Assembly: GCA_050575255.1 (NCBI GenBank)
Contig: JBNZDD010013730.1
Coordinates: forward strand, 5,696,015 to 5,760,014
Direction: 5' to 3'
Length of the DNA stretch: 64,000 nt
From: Harriotta raleighana
Taxonomy: Eukaryota
The position numbers and the translations under genes are program-made. Positions 1 to 12,286 of the stretch are shown here, in pieces (positions within the stretch are counted from its first letter, which is position 1; each line of letters opens with the position of its first letter). The notes under the pieces are model-generated. The model saw only the letters and a program-made list of their open reading frames with translations, made no database searches and had not been told where the DNA came from.

Positions 1-64
1 GACTAGATGGGCCGAATGGCCTCCTTTTGTGCCGTAAAATTCTATGAATCTATGAATCTATGAA
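1..64 (+). mobile_element. CR1 LINE 3' terminus
   Basis: GATGGGCCGAATGGCCTCCTTTTGTGCCGTAAAATTCTATG followed by an (AATCTATG)n tail, the typical CR1 3' end; cut off by the window edge. Confidence 0.85.
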
Positions 65-559
65 AAAAAAATGAATCGATGCGCAGGTTGATTCCGTCAA
101 TGAGAAATGCGTAAGGAGCAGTTGGTGGGAAGAACTATTTTGAATGGGCAATTTGATTGTGGGATGATGCTTGCCTAAAGAACCACGAGGAGACCGTGCA
201 CTCAGCAATTGGGAACGACAGCGGCATTTCACAAAGCTGATTGCAAGATTTTATCTTCGTCAGCCGGTGGGCCGAGAAAGGATGAGATGGCTCCCAAATG
301 CTTTGGAAACTGGCGAAGTTCACTCTACAACACAGTACAAGAAAGATATTTGCAAAGCCATCGCATTTGGCATCATTCTCATGAGGTGGCACTTAATCAG
401 CGTTCTACCGAATGTACAGTCAACCTCCAACTTGACAACACCTGCATAGTGGTCACAGGGATTATTGTTTGGGCAATAACGACCCAAAAAAGCATGTTTA
501 CGCTGAGGCACAGGAGTCACTCTGATGGTTGTGTGTGTAAATGCATCAGGTGGTGTGAT

Positions 560-770
560 AATGAGCTATGTTGATAAGTTTAGATGGTCTCAGTTGGGGA
601 GATGTGCAATGATTGACCTTAATGCCTCTGGGTTAAAACATAACTTCCAGAAATCCCATTTGTAATTGCTATCCAGTGACCTGCATATGAAGTGATTAAT
701 TTTGGTGCCTCCGATGTTTGAACAGCCTCTCAACGTTAACTGTCTAGTTTTACCCCCTGAAGAACTTGGA
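560..770 (+). mobile_element. Degraded AmnSINE2-like tRNA-derived SINE fragment
   Basis: Contains TGACCTTAATGCCTCTGGGTTA...TTGCTATCCAGTGACCTGC...GAACAGCCT...ACTGTCTAG, matching the body of other copies in the window (e.g. 2021-2186, 34290-34685). Confidence 0.5.
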
Positions 771-819
771 ACTACACCTCAGTGCAAATCAATGCCAGCA
801 CATTGATCGTGTGAACAGG

Positions 820-1185
820 TGACAGACTCGCCGAGTTGGTTTGCACTCTCACGCAGGAGTCAGAAAGTTGTAGTTTCAAACCCCATGTCAGGGCTCTGCA
901 CGCAAAGTCTAGGCTGCCTTTCCAGTACAAGCTGGGGGAATTCTCCATTATCAGTAGTGACAGCCTTTGGGTGAAATATTAAAATAAGGTCCCATTTGCC
1001 TGTTCGGGTGAACATTAAAGATCCCACTGTACCATTTGTCCAGGCCCATAATCCTCTAGATAAACTTGGTCATTCATTAATTCTGCGGGATATTAATATG
1101 CACAAACTGGCTGCTGCGTTCGCCAACAAAATACGTAGCTACCACACTCTACAATAAATCCTGTGAAGCGCTGTGAAGGATAATT
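820..1185 (+). mobile_element. Degraded DeuSINE (SacSINE1/AmnSINE1-like): tRNA head, Deu domain, L2-type tail
   Basis: tRNA-like head (GAGTTGGTTTGCACTCTC...GAGTCAGAAAGTTGTAGTTTCAAACCCC), Deu-like core (CTTTGGGTGAAATATTAAAATAAGGTCCCATTTGCCTGTTCGGGTGAACATTAAAGATCCCA; GCACAAACTGGCTGCTGCGTT), tail TGTGAAGCGCT. Confidence 0.65.
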
Positions 1186-1647
1186 CTTAACAGCATAAGT
1201 AAACTGATTGAACTGGAAATATAAATACAGGTTAAGGTTTCCTTTTTGAAAAAAGAGATGTGAGTAACCTTTAGTCACAACAGATCCTTTAAATCGAGGA
1301 CTCAAGATATATATTTAAAAAACCGTTACAGACTGACTGAGCAGAGCGAATGGTTTACAACACTGGGGGCCAATCACAGGATTGATTGCAATCTGACTGC
1401 GATCTGCTGCGGAATGAGTATCTTGTACTCTACAGGGACCATTGTTCTTGGAAAACCAATCGCAACTCATCCAGATTTCCAGTATTAACAGTAGTGGCTG
1501 CGAGACAGATAAAAGGTAAACCCTGACTGGAATCCAGCCTATTTCATAAACTTTTACTTTCTACACCCAAGCTACATCACGTGTGTTCAGAGTGGACTAA
1601 ATGAAGTCTGCCAACAAGACACCAAGTCTGGACAAGGTAGCGAGGTA

Positions 1648-1813
1648 CAGTGAAAACTGCCTGTAATGCTCACATTTAAGATGGTGTGCATTCACCTTGC
1701 CTCCATAGACTGACCGTCTCCTAAGATACGTTATCGTGAAGTGATTCATTTATTGTGGGACTGAAAACAAGTGGTCTCTATGGGCTGGTAGTCTCTTTAT
1801 GCAGGCTTCGCTG
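1648..1813. mobile_element. Old Tigger/pogo-type MITE
   Basis: TA|CAGTGAAAACTGCCTGTAA ... TTATGCAGGCTTCGCTG|TA: imperfect CAG-start TIRs with TA on both flanks. Confidence 0.55.
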
Positions 1814-2020
1814 TATTCCTTCTGTATATTATTCATTGCTCCGAGTGAACTTGCCTGAAACCATTGGTACGGTAGTTTTAGACTCACAACTGTTACAATA
1901 TTGATAATGGATAATTCCAGATATCCATCTCTAAGATAAGTATCTTCAGGGGTGATTTGTATCTTGATTAATGCACTGTACTGACACGTTGAATTTGTTA
2001 AGGTTGCATTGCAAGAAGCA

Positions 2021-2186
2021 AGAACTGGCTGATATTTCTTCTATGTAGCCCAGGGGCACTGAAGCCAATTGTAGTGCTCTAAATTCCATCCTGGCTGGAT
2101 TTGAGAACAGACAAAGGATCAAACCCGTAAAATTCCTGATTTGTATTACTCAGCCCCATACCGGGCAATGCCTTTAGCAACTGTGC
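2021..2186 (-). mobile_element. AmnSINE2-like SINE, 5' half
   Basis: CTGGCTGATATTT...TAGCCCAGGGGCACTGAAGCCAATTGTAGTGC...GGATCAAACCC (reverse B-box)...TTAGCAACTGTGC (reverse A-box region). Confidence 0.65.
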
Positions 2187-3634
2187 TTATAATTGTTGTT
2201 TTGATAATCATTTGTGTTTCAAGCATACTTTCATTTTTAAAAACCAACTGCAATTAATCTACGAACGTGAACGCGGCCAAAAAAAACCTCAGCTAAAACA
2301 AAAGGGACAGTTTCTGGAATGTGTTATGCATGAACACTGTAATTATCAGGGATCAGCGCTGAAGCCAATTCCATGCTCCAGTCTCAGGCCTTCCCACACT
2401 AACAGCAGTGTAAGATCCACAACTGTACCAAATCTGGACAAGGTAGATAGATTTCAATGTTACACCCATTTGTGGTTTTTGCAGTGTCAGTCGAACAAAA
2501 TTTACAAGAATCATCTTTATGTTCTTCATTCTTGCACCAAATTTGTATTCATTTACACATGTGATTTAACACATCTTACGAACCATTCTTGTTTCTGGTT
2601 GATTCACTGTATTGATGATGCACTTTACTCTGGTGACGTAAACACTGGGTTTATCATGTACGCCGTTGTTTCAACATAACGGGAAGGAAATAAATGTCAA
2701 TGATGCATTTGCTTTACAATCACGGACTGTTTTTTTAGATTTTGCTGACAGGGAAAGGAACCGTTGTTATATAATAAGATATATTTTATCAACATTATAT
2801 TTCCTGCAAATGTTCCTCTTTGCGCAGAGTTCATTGAATGTGCAAAACCGTAGAGACAGTGGTTGAGTGGTGATATTATCAGTAAATGCTCTGAGGCTAC
2901 TCTGCCTTCTTGTTGAAAAGCAAGTTTAATAAAGAGAGAGTTATCCACATAACAGTTTTGATGCGTCTGCATCGAGCAATGGCTTATCAACTAGCCAAAG
3001 TTGGTCGCCCTAACAACATCACAGAGTTTACTACAAGAGCAACTTGTTTCTTCTTCATCCTTCCTGTCTCTATCATCAAAACTGCAGCATTTTAGCCTTA
3101 CAGAGCAAAATGAAATGAAAAACATGACATTTAAAAACAATCCAATTTTCTAAGTGATGACATTAGAAAAAAAACCCAGTTGGTTTGAAAGCCATAGCTT
3201 TTGTACTGGGAATAATGCCTTCAGAATCATCTTCAGAAGATATGCAAAGATAAACAGCAAGGGCTATATTTTCTGATTGCTTTTAACGATATAGGTAATG
3301 CATTACAATAGCTGTAGCTCAAACAGTGAAGCCAAAGTAAAGGCTTGATATCCCTGTCCAAACAGGTCTCTTCATAATAATCCTTCAACTTGACAATGTA
3401 TCTTACATTTTGTGGGAGAATGTAAAATAGATATACTGTATTCAATAAGTGACATACATATACCATGGATAAACTCAATTGCAAAATGTACTATATCAAC
3501 CAGAAGGCTACCCTTACATTCCACCTGAGAAGCAGCTGAGGTATATAACAGTTGTGTACAAGTTTACCATGCATAGGATGACCCTCTGAAGTGATATCAG
3601 CGAGTGGAGGTTCCTATGCATACACAGCAAACAG

Positions 3635-4625
3635 AAACAACAACAACAAATTACATTGGTATAACACCTTTCACATTGGGAAAATGTTCCAAGATGCTGG
3701 ACAGTCCAAGGGTTTCCAACTGAGCTGAGGTTTGGAACCAAGGAGGGCAAAGTGGGTGGCAGTAGCTGAAGGTACGGTCAAAGAGGAAGGTCTTGAAACA
3801 GACCTTGGAGGCAAAGGGAGGAAGCGAGGAGGATGGACTCTGGGAATGGAGAGTGGGGAAGGAAAGAAAGGCTTATATACATCCATCAATAATGGTACTG
3901 CCAATGCCCGAGGTGAGGAGACGCTGACAGAAGCCAAGTAGGGAAACCTCCACCTTGTCGACATTCAACTGGAGAAAGTTGGCTTTCATCCAGGATTCAA
4001 TTTCTGATGGGTGATAGGTGATGGTAGAGGGTTGGAAGGGGTATATATAGAGGTGTCAAGGGAAATTAAGTGGTGGTGCAAAATGGCTTTTTTAGTGATG
4101 GTGATGTCCAAAACAGTGAGGCCCCTGGTGATCACCAGGTCAAAGGGGTGGCATGGAGTGGATGTGGAGAGAGAGGTTGAGGTAGGAGAAATCAGCAGAA
4201 GTAGAGCAAGGAGAGGCATTCAGAGAAGAGGGAAACGAAAGATAGGAGGGTGGAGATAACACAAAATACTACAGATGCTGGAAATCTGAAACAAAAACAG
4301 GGTGGAGGGTCCAAGAGGAAGGTGGGGGAAGATTTGGTGAGATGGTAGTCAAGGAGGATTCTGAGGGAAAGACTGGAGGGGTGGTAAGAGTGTAACGTGC
4401 TCAAGGGAGGGGAAGGTACCGGAAGAGGAAGAGAATACGCTGAGGGGGGACCAGGAGATGAGAGCCTCACTGCCACCACCAGTATTTCTGGAACTGAAGG
4501 TGGAGGCAGAGAGATAGAGATGGGAATCATATGGAAGTTAACACTATGTCTGTGAATGATATCACTGAGAAGGAGCATGTAAATATTAAACAGGAGAGGA
4601 CCAAGGACAGAGCTCTGTGTGATAT
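3635..4625 (-). mobile_element. Composite decayed LINE-2: 3' end, APE endonuclease segment and RT-core segment
   Basis: (CAA)n tail and L2 3'UTR at 3635-3860; APE-like peptide HPFDLVITRGL...HHLI (ORF 3986-4219); RT motif QSSVLGPLLFNIYMLLLSDIIHRHSVNFHM (ORF 4192-4683). Confidence 0.85.
4258..4300 (+). mobile_element. Penelope-type terminal fragment inserted in L2
   Basis: AAAATACTACAGATGCTGGAAATCTGAAACAAAAACAG, near-identical to the left end of the element at 12287. Confidence 0.6.
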
Positions 4626-6446
4626 GCGTATATGACACAAGACACAGAAAGTGGGAAATTGACATGTAAACTGCACACTTCATTCACACTATACGAGTTG
4701 ACAGGACAGAGAGTAAAACACCCAGGCTTGCAAGTTGGTCCATAAAGCACTGCTCTCTCTGCAAAGTGTTGTCCTATACATGGGGAGGGGACGTTGAGGG
4801 ATAATATGTATATCAGACTTTCTTACAGCCTGAATCTCAAACACATTTTTAATTAAAATAATAAAAAGGCAAAATGTTTGTCACATCAGAATTTGATTTC
4901 AAAGGTACTGCTGATGTATTACAATGCTATTGTATTCTGACCCCAAAACTATATGCAGAATCATATCGGAAAAATCTCAAACACATTAAAAAGGGAAAAA
5001 CATAATTAAATGAACAAATGCCCAGTGCTTCAAGAGTTTCTAATAAATGCCATGTAAAAAGAAACATGAACCTAAGACTCTATGGTTAGTTGGGAGAATA
5101 CAGGTCTTCGGGGTGAAATTAGTCTATTAGTTATTTCGTGTCATACATTACAATACTGAAAATACAATAGAAAGTCTTAGCAGATTAATTCCAGAGGAGG
5201 CACGCTTAGGTCAAAGCAAACATATGAATGCACCTGATTTTAGAGCAGCGAGATTTTTTTGAGAGCATTTAAAATGTTCTTTGCGTCTTTTCCAGTTTGT
5301 TTAAATTACAAGTCATCAGCAAGCAAAAAAACACGTGCAAACCTACATCCTATGTCCACATGCTTTCTATAGAAGAAAGGACAGCATCTGCGAAGTGAGA
5401 TTTTCAGCTCTAAAGCATCAGGAAAGCCTCAGAAAATAGAATCTAACATTTATATCTACAAAAAAAACCCTGAACTTTACTGTTCAATGAGCTGCTGTAA
5501 GCTTCAAGAACTTTGAAGCCCATTGCATGAACTAAAACATTCATCATCTACAGCCTTTTTGGTTCTGTGTGTGTTTGATCTATAGTCCATTTTACTGTTG
5601 CACTTTTTTTTCTGAAAATCAATACTTTTTTCATTTACACAGCCAGCCGAAAAGATTCCAAAGAAGATATTTGTTTGTACACAAAAATGAGATACAGATA
5701 TCTTGTGAGGGACAGTAAATCAAAAGTTTAAAAAAAACACAGACTCAGATGTTCCTGTGGGCTGAATGAGCCTTTCAGAACAAGTGGATCAGATAAAACT
5801 AGCGACATCCTCAAATTACTTTTTTTTAAATAAAAACTTCTGTGAAATGTAAAGCGTGTTAAATTGAATTAAAGTTTGGTTGCAATTCTACCTCAACGTA
5901 TCCTGCATTGCTGGCAAAATAGATTAGAATTTATCTACCGCAGGAGGAAGGTGATACTTTTTGTTCAAAGTTATGATGGTGGAACATGGGCTCTGTTGAA
6001 CGGACTTTGAACTGGATTTTAAAGTCTAGTCTTGACAATGGAATGTGTTTAAAACTACTTCATAAACACAGCACTTTGGGGGAGGGGTGTTCGCTTCCCT
6101 CTCTCCGCCTCCCACCCGTTTAGTATTTTCTTAGCCATCCCATCAGATTTTTATGAGTCAGGCAATTCACGCCACATCAGTACAGAATTCAAAAGTACTG
6201 CACTGAACAACTNTCCCACCCGTTTAGTATTTTCTTAGCCATCCCATCAGATTTTTATGAGTCAGGCAATTCACGCCACATCAGTACAGAATTCAAAANT
6301 ACTGCACTGAACAACTGTTCAGATTCAGGCCTGTGACTGAGGGCTGCAAAAATGGAGAAGCATGAATTGTGACCAAGCTTCAAACATTAACACATTAGAT
6401 GCTCTAGTTGTAAAAATTCCCATTAGAATTATACACATTAGGTTCT

Positions 6447-6515
6447 ACAACAACAACAATAAAACTACATTTATATAGTGCCTTTCCCGTCGGGAGAACG
6501 TCCCAAGGCACTGGA
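6447..6515 (-). mobile_element. L2 3' tail fragment
   Basis: ACAACAACAAC...CATTTATATAGTGCCTTTCCCGTCGGGAGAACGTCCCAAGGCACT. Confidence 0.75.
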
Positions 6516-8125
6516 GTTATCTGCAGCAATACAGAGATATTCCGCTATCAAGACACCAGTTTCATCCCCAGTCATTAATTATACTTTGTTTTGACAAGAG
6601 TTGCACTGAAACATTCGCAAGCTTCATAAAACAAACTATATTCAGTCATAAGCCATGAATGAATATGAATAATAACTGACCTTTGCTCAATAAACATAAT
6701 AACTCAAACTGTTGCATTCCATTACCTAGGTTTCCAATATTCCTCTTATCTACTGTGCAGGATTCAGACATTTTATTGTTTCAATGTTGGTTCTTTTTGT
6801 TCTGAATAAATAAGTATTCCGCACCCTGTATGGTATTTTTTACAAAGGCAGAGCGGATAACTCTGAGAAGAATTGTACAGCTGCCACATTACTCAGCCAC
6901 AAGAGCAAATCAAGCGTTTTGTAGTTTTACTTCATTTTCTTTTTTCCTTTCTTCTTTCTGACGTTCTGTATACGTAAATGGTACCAATCTTGTTTAAATA
7001 GTCTCTGTTCCTTGACAAACTGATTAACGGTTTGAAATGTTTGTGCTGCATGTTATCAATCTGCTACAAGCAGAATATGTCGGACAGCGTTACCTCCTCC
7101 AGGTTAATGACCTCAAATTGTCTGACTGCACAGACAGCACACCAACAACAGACGACAGTGGTTAACTATGAAAGCAAGCGAATCGCTCCAAAAATAATTC
7201 TTCATTCAACATTGCTAAGCAAATCTGTTTTGGATTACAACCCATCATGAGTTACTTCTGTTCCTAATTTTGCGCTCTCATTCAGATCAACTGTAGACAG
7301 GTCCGCTTACACAACTTTCCTGTCTCTATACGTTATACTAGATTAGACACATTCATTCTCCACAAATACCAGCTCCAGTAATCAACCCAAGATTAAGAAA
7401 ATCCCCGCAGTCTTTCAGAAATATATCTCATTTAAAGATTTGAGGGTTTACTTTAAAGCATACCACTGCAACCACATCAACAGCAGCTCAATTGGATTAA
7501 CAATTAATAACAAAAAAAAGAGCTCACCATCACCCCAACATGAGACGTCAAGCACAGCCTCAAACAATAGCTCGTGTGTTCCAATTTTCTCTTGTGGATC
7601 TTACAGAACAGAGCCTGTACTGGGACTACAGCAACGTTTTTTTCCATAGAATATCTGACGCAAATTAAAACTACTACAAGGACTGTAGCACAACTGCTGT
7701 GATGTGAGGTTGCCTCATAAGACGAATGTTTCAAGATGTTTTTTTTCAACACTGTTTAGGTGACTTATTTTTTCAGATTTGGCTCAAGTCCAGTAAGGAA
7801 AATTTTACTCGACTATTAATACAAAAGACTTAACAGATCGTGTTTAATATTATTTTAAGATCTTGAGAAACTAATTTTAAGGGTATAAAATGTATACATG
7901 CAGTCTGAAATTTAACCTATTTTTATTCTGTAAATCATCCTGTGTGAGAATTCACGACTGTGGATTAGTGGGGAATTCTTCAATTCAGTCTTAAAGAGGA
8001 AGACAATTCTTTTAAGAATCATGGATGACTGACTGGCTTCCAAATTAAAACTGGATTTAAGAATTTTCGACAATTTCTAAATTTGAAGGTAAACAGGTCT
8101 TACCATCTAAAAACCAGGTGTCATT

Positions 8126-8188
8126 TCAGCACTTTGAGACATCTCGAAGACGTGATAAGGCACAACATCGAAAGCAGGAATTATTATT
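8126..8188 (+). mobile_element. SINE/L2-type 3' tail, (ATT)n subfamily
   Basis: AGCACTTTGAGACATCTCGAAGACGTGATAAGGCAC...GGAATTATTATT; same tail at 15945, 16891, 33290, 50415, 53570, 62110. Confidence 0.7.
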
Positions 8189-8264
8189 AAAAGTACACAT
8201 CTGCATCCTGTATAGTTTATATGTCAAAAATAACATGATTAACGAGTAGAGAGATAGAAAGATA

Positions 8265-8378
8265 AGACTCTGAATGCTGGAAATCTGAAATAGAAACTGA
8301 AAATGCTGGAAATGCCAAAATGTCCAGTATTATCTAAAGAGACGGATTGAAGTTTCAGGTGGCACTTGCTCAGAAACC
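8265..8378 (+). mobile_element. Degraded Penelope-type terminal repeat
   Basis: ATGCTGGAAATCTGAAATAGAAACTGAAAATGCTGGAAAT...GTTTCAGGT...TCAGAA resembles 12287-12417. Confidence 0.55.
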
Positions 8379-9819
8379 CCCGAAATTAAAAGCATCAAAC
8401 CTAAATCCAGTCACACAGGACTCAAGTTCAAAGTATATCTTTTGCTTTTGTCCATTTGTTGGCAATCATCACGAACACTTAGAATATTGCCCAAGGTGTG
8501 AATCTGCGGAAAGAAAATGCAGATGGTGTAGCAACTAGATATAACCCAGTGCCTCAGCTTTTCATTATAAGATTCTCAGATAGATCACAATCTTTGACAT
8601 CTGCTGTCTATTAATCCCTCATTAATAAGGAAATTATACAAAGTACAGTACCTGCTATAAAACATGCACCTAACTGGAACATCCTTTCAGCATGATTTCT
8701 GGAGGTGGTCGCCTGATGTCATCTGAAATGCAATCGTTGAACTGCACAGCAGGGATATTTAAATAGCAGAGAGTTAAAAAGCAACCACATGTGACTGAAA
8801 ATTGTTTTGGATGTAAATGATAACTGGCTCATTGCATTAAGAAAGAGTAGCAAGATCGCACACAATACAAACTCTCTAATACACCATGGCCTGCCATTGC
8901 TGGACCGCTGTGAATAACTGACACAGGGCACTTGTCTGTTTAAAACAGCTCAGCTCAGCAGCTCTCTCTGTTTAGCTTTCGCCGAGCCAGTTTTATGTTA
9001 CAGAAATTCTGAAATAAACTGGGCTAATTTTTTTTATTTACCAATTCTGTCTGCTCTAGCACTCTCCCCTCTTGCTGCTCTGAAGACCTTTGACTTCCTT
9101 ATCTTTCTTCTGAGGTGCAAGAAGTGGATACTCTGTGAGAAGTCCTCCATGCAGCTATTATTCAAATGCACGCCTTGACATTGAGTGTTCACAGGACATT
9201 TGCCCACACACATTATCCGAACCAAGCCTATCCTCACCTGACATACAACCATGTGCTCGCTCCTTCTAGAAATTAGGAGCAGGAATCCTGACTGATTTTC
9301 CCCTCCTGAACCCAGGATACAGAGGCGACTCAAACACTCCCCAGCTCAGAAAACAATATTCCCCCATCAGGATGAAACTGCAATGGATTGTTAAACCAAA
9401 CATTCACTTTACCCACTAAACGTTCTGCGGTGTTTACATTAGCATATTGATGTTACAAAACTCAAAAGGAGACAAGTGATCGATACTGAAAATACACCAG
9501 TTATTTCTCTCTAATCCCACCCCCGAAATTTCATTGATGCCACATGCATTCGGCTGAATTTTGACGGCTACTTTAGGGCTAGGACTCATGAACTTCCCCC
9601 AGTAATCAAATGGGTAACGCCACCAAGCGTTCAATGGGAACTCTCAGCACCATGGAATCTATGAGTTCTCTAAAATGGAATACCCCAATTAACAAGCGGC
9701 ATTATCTTAAGCCATCAGCCCAAATCTGAGGCCATGACAATTGTGGTAAAGTTTAATGGTGCATAGCTGTGAAACACTGATATATTTTCAGAAAAAATAT
9801 TGATTTGCTAAGAATTTAT

Positions 9820-10005
9820 GAAACCTAGGAGCGAATCGTATTATTTTGGCCCCTCTTTGGCTGCAGGAACAATGTAAAATAGATTTTCAAATGACAGGTA
9901 ATAACCAGAAGTAAAAACTAGGTATTGATGAATGATCTGAAGTGTAAAATGGAGCAGACGTGGCAGGTAAGATTTGATAACTCAAAGGAAGCAGATGTAT
10001 TGTGC
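9820..10005 (+). mobile_element. Highly decayed CR1 RT fragment
   Basis: GGAGCAGACGTGGCAGGTAAGATTTGAT recalls the CR1 WA..WQM.FN motif; no open frame. Confidence 0.35.
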
Positions 10006-11321
10006 TTTTTTTTTAACCAAAACAAAACACCCAAATGAATTCAGATACAAACGTAGATCAGTTGCTGTCCCATATAACACTGAGCACTCAACCAGATTTA
10101 ATTAGATACATTCTTGAAATAGCAACAGTTGGACCTTCGGACCATTGCGTACATGACTATCAGCTCCAGACGATGAGCAGGGTGTGTTGCCCACATACTG
10201 GTAAGCAGCATGAGTCATCCAAAGGTTCCCTGCAACCAGCTGTCTTGCAAAGAATCAGGAGAAGAGAAAGTTTGGAGTAAAGGCTGATAACCACAGTCGG
10301 CTACTTTACTGCCCAGTGGACCCTGAAGTACTTTTCAAGGACTCGAGTCAAAAAATCAAACTGAAGAGTTTCAACTGGTATCCTCATTTACATTCTATTT
10401 GCGTACTCCCAACAACCCATGATCTGTTGAGTGGTCAATCTTCCCATAAATGTTAACCCAAGCAAACTACATAAGACTTTGAAGAAAATGGGTTGCGTTC
10501 AGCAGCTCTCTGTGCTGAAATCACGATGGTTACTATGGTGATGCAAATGTAGCATTGCAAAGTATCAGATCAAATGGACCAAAGGGCTATCTTCACCCGA
10601 ACGTCTCCTCAGCACACAAGGCCTTGCTCATCAGCAGGACTTGGGGAGTGGCAGACTGGTCACTGGGGGAAGAGATTCTTCCCACTCAGCTCCGGTTAAG
10701 TCTGCAAATCAAAGCCCTAATCCTGGCTGGACGAGCAGCAGAAAGCTCACCAGACGGTGCATGGAATTGCAAGCCACGCGGTTTTAGCTAGTTATCATTT
10801 ATCATGCACTACCATTTCAATATCCCAAGGCACACACTGGGATGTCAAGCCATGATCTTACTGACCTGTGCCTAACACTCTCTGGGATGAGTCCCTCGAG
10901 TGAAAGCAAGCATTGCAATCCAAACGCAAATTTACATATGCAGGTGGCATACATGGAACTCTCAGAACGGTGATGGGTTTCCCTGTCAAGACACTAGGGA
11001 AGCCAAAAATATTCTGTTACTGTCAGCAACTTTGAGAATCTCACTGGTGACTTTGGTTGGCAACAAAGAAAGGCTGACTTGGAAGCAAGACCCTCTCAAC
11101 ATGACAAAGAAATGATCTGCTCACGTGCGTCCACAGTCAAGATGGATTTTTACCCCTCAATTTTCCCATGCATGGGAGCACGATTTCCGATGGATTTTTG
11201 GAAATCGCTCTCTTGGGTACATGACTGACCCAAAGTGCAGTCATGTACCCAAGAGATGTGAAAAGGCATTTTGATTTGGCTGGGAAAAAAAAAAGAAGTT
11301 TACACCTTGATATTTGAAACT

Positions 11322-11400
11322 GTTCAGTGCCTTGTGACGTCCTCCCCACAGGAAAGGCGCTCTACAAATATAATTTTGCTGTTGTTGTTGTGGTTGTTGT
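11322..11400 (+). mobile_element. L2 3' tail
   Basis: CAGTGCCTTGTGACGTCCTCCCCACAGGAAAGGCGCTCTACAAATATAATTTTGCTGTTGTTGTTG. Confidence 0.75.
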
Positions 11401-12286
11401 ACTGCCCTGACACTGCTGTATCTGCAATGTCAGCCAATGCGATACGTCACCGATTCAAATCAATGTGCGCTCGTCCCACCTCAGTTGAAAAATCAGGCAG
11501 TTTGATTAGAGCACAGCCCACTGACGGCAACGTTCAAGCTTATTACATTCATCCGCAAACTTTCAACTCAGAAAGTGTTTCAGCAGTTACCTGTCTGGGG
11601 GATTCCTCACACTTGTGCCCGTGCAGAGCTGCTGATGTAGAGGCATGCTCTACCATTACAATTATGTAAAATAGGCCCATAAATAGCACTTGCTGTGTAC
11701 AACCTGAACCATATATTAAACACAGGTTCATACCAGAATCCTCTATGCATGATTTTGCTCCCATTTATTGACCCTGTGCGCACACCAGAGAAGATATACA
11801 TGGCTATTCAGTGAACAAAAATATGCAGTCACAATCCACTCAAACGCCAGTCACGAAGATGTCAAATATATTTTATATGTAAATGTTTAAATCTAGATTT
11901 TCATCCAATCGTTTCAATGTCACTCTCGTCCATTTTAATGCAAATTTCCACTTGCAGATTTTAGATATATTCACAAACAAGCGAAAAAATATCAGTATCT
12001 TCACTGGTGTGGGGGGATTTGTAGGGAAAGTCACAGGTATTTGTATCAGCCCTAAATCACACATTAAAATGTAATTGTCCCCCACATTTAAAGACCACAC
12101 ACGCCATGTACATCTATGGCTACTAGATATTCTGCAAATATTTTTGTATTAAAGCTTTATTTGCTTTGTTTGAATGCCACTAAACACTCTTGAGTCACAA
12201 TTAGTGGCGAAATTTTCAGCTATCTTGTCTCCACAATCTGTTTTTAATCTTGCCTAAAAATGAACTCTAAGCACTGAAAAAATGCA

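Noticed and set aside
2212-2679. 155-aa plus-strand ORF
   Set aside because: TTG start, no recognisable domain or splice structure; composition typical of a chance ORF.
6110-6316. 103-bp direct duplication
   Set aside because: The copies are joined at a single N (6213), the signature of overlapping contig ends; assembly artefact.
9644-9661. RE1/NRSE-like TCAGCACCATGGA
   Set aside because: The right half (CAGCGCC) is missing; a similar site at 51221 has a non-canonical 1-nt spacer.
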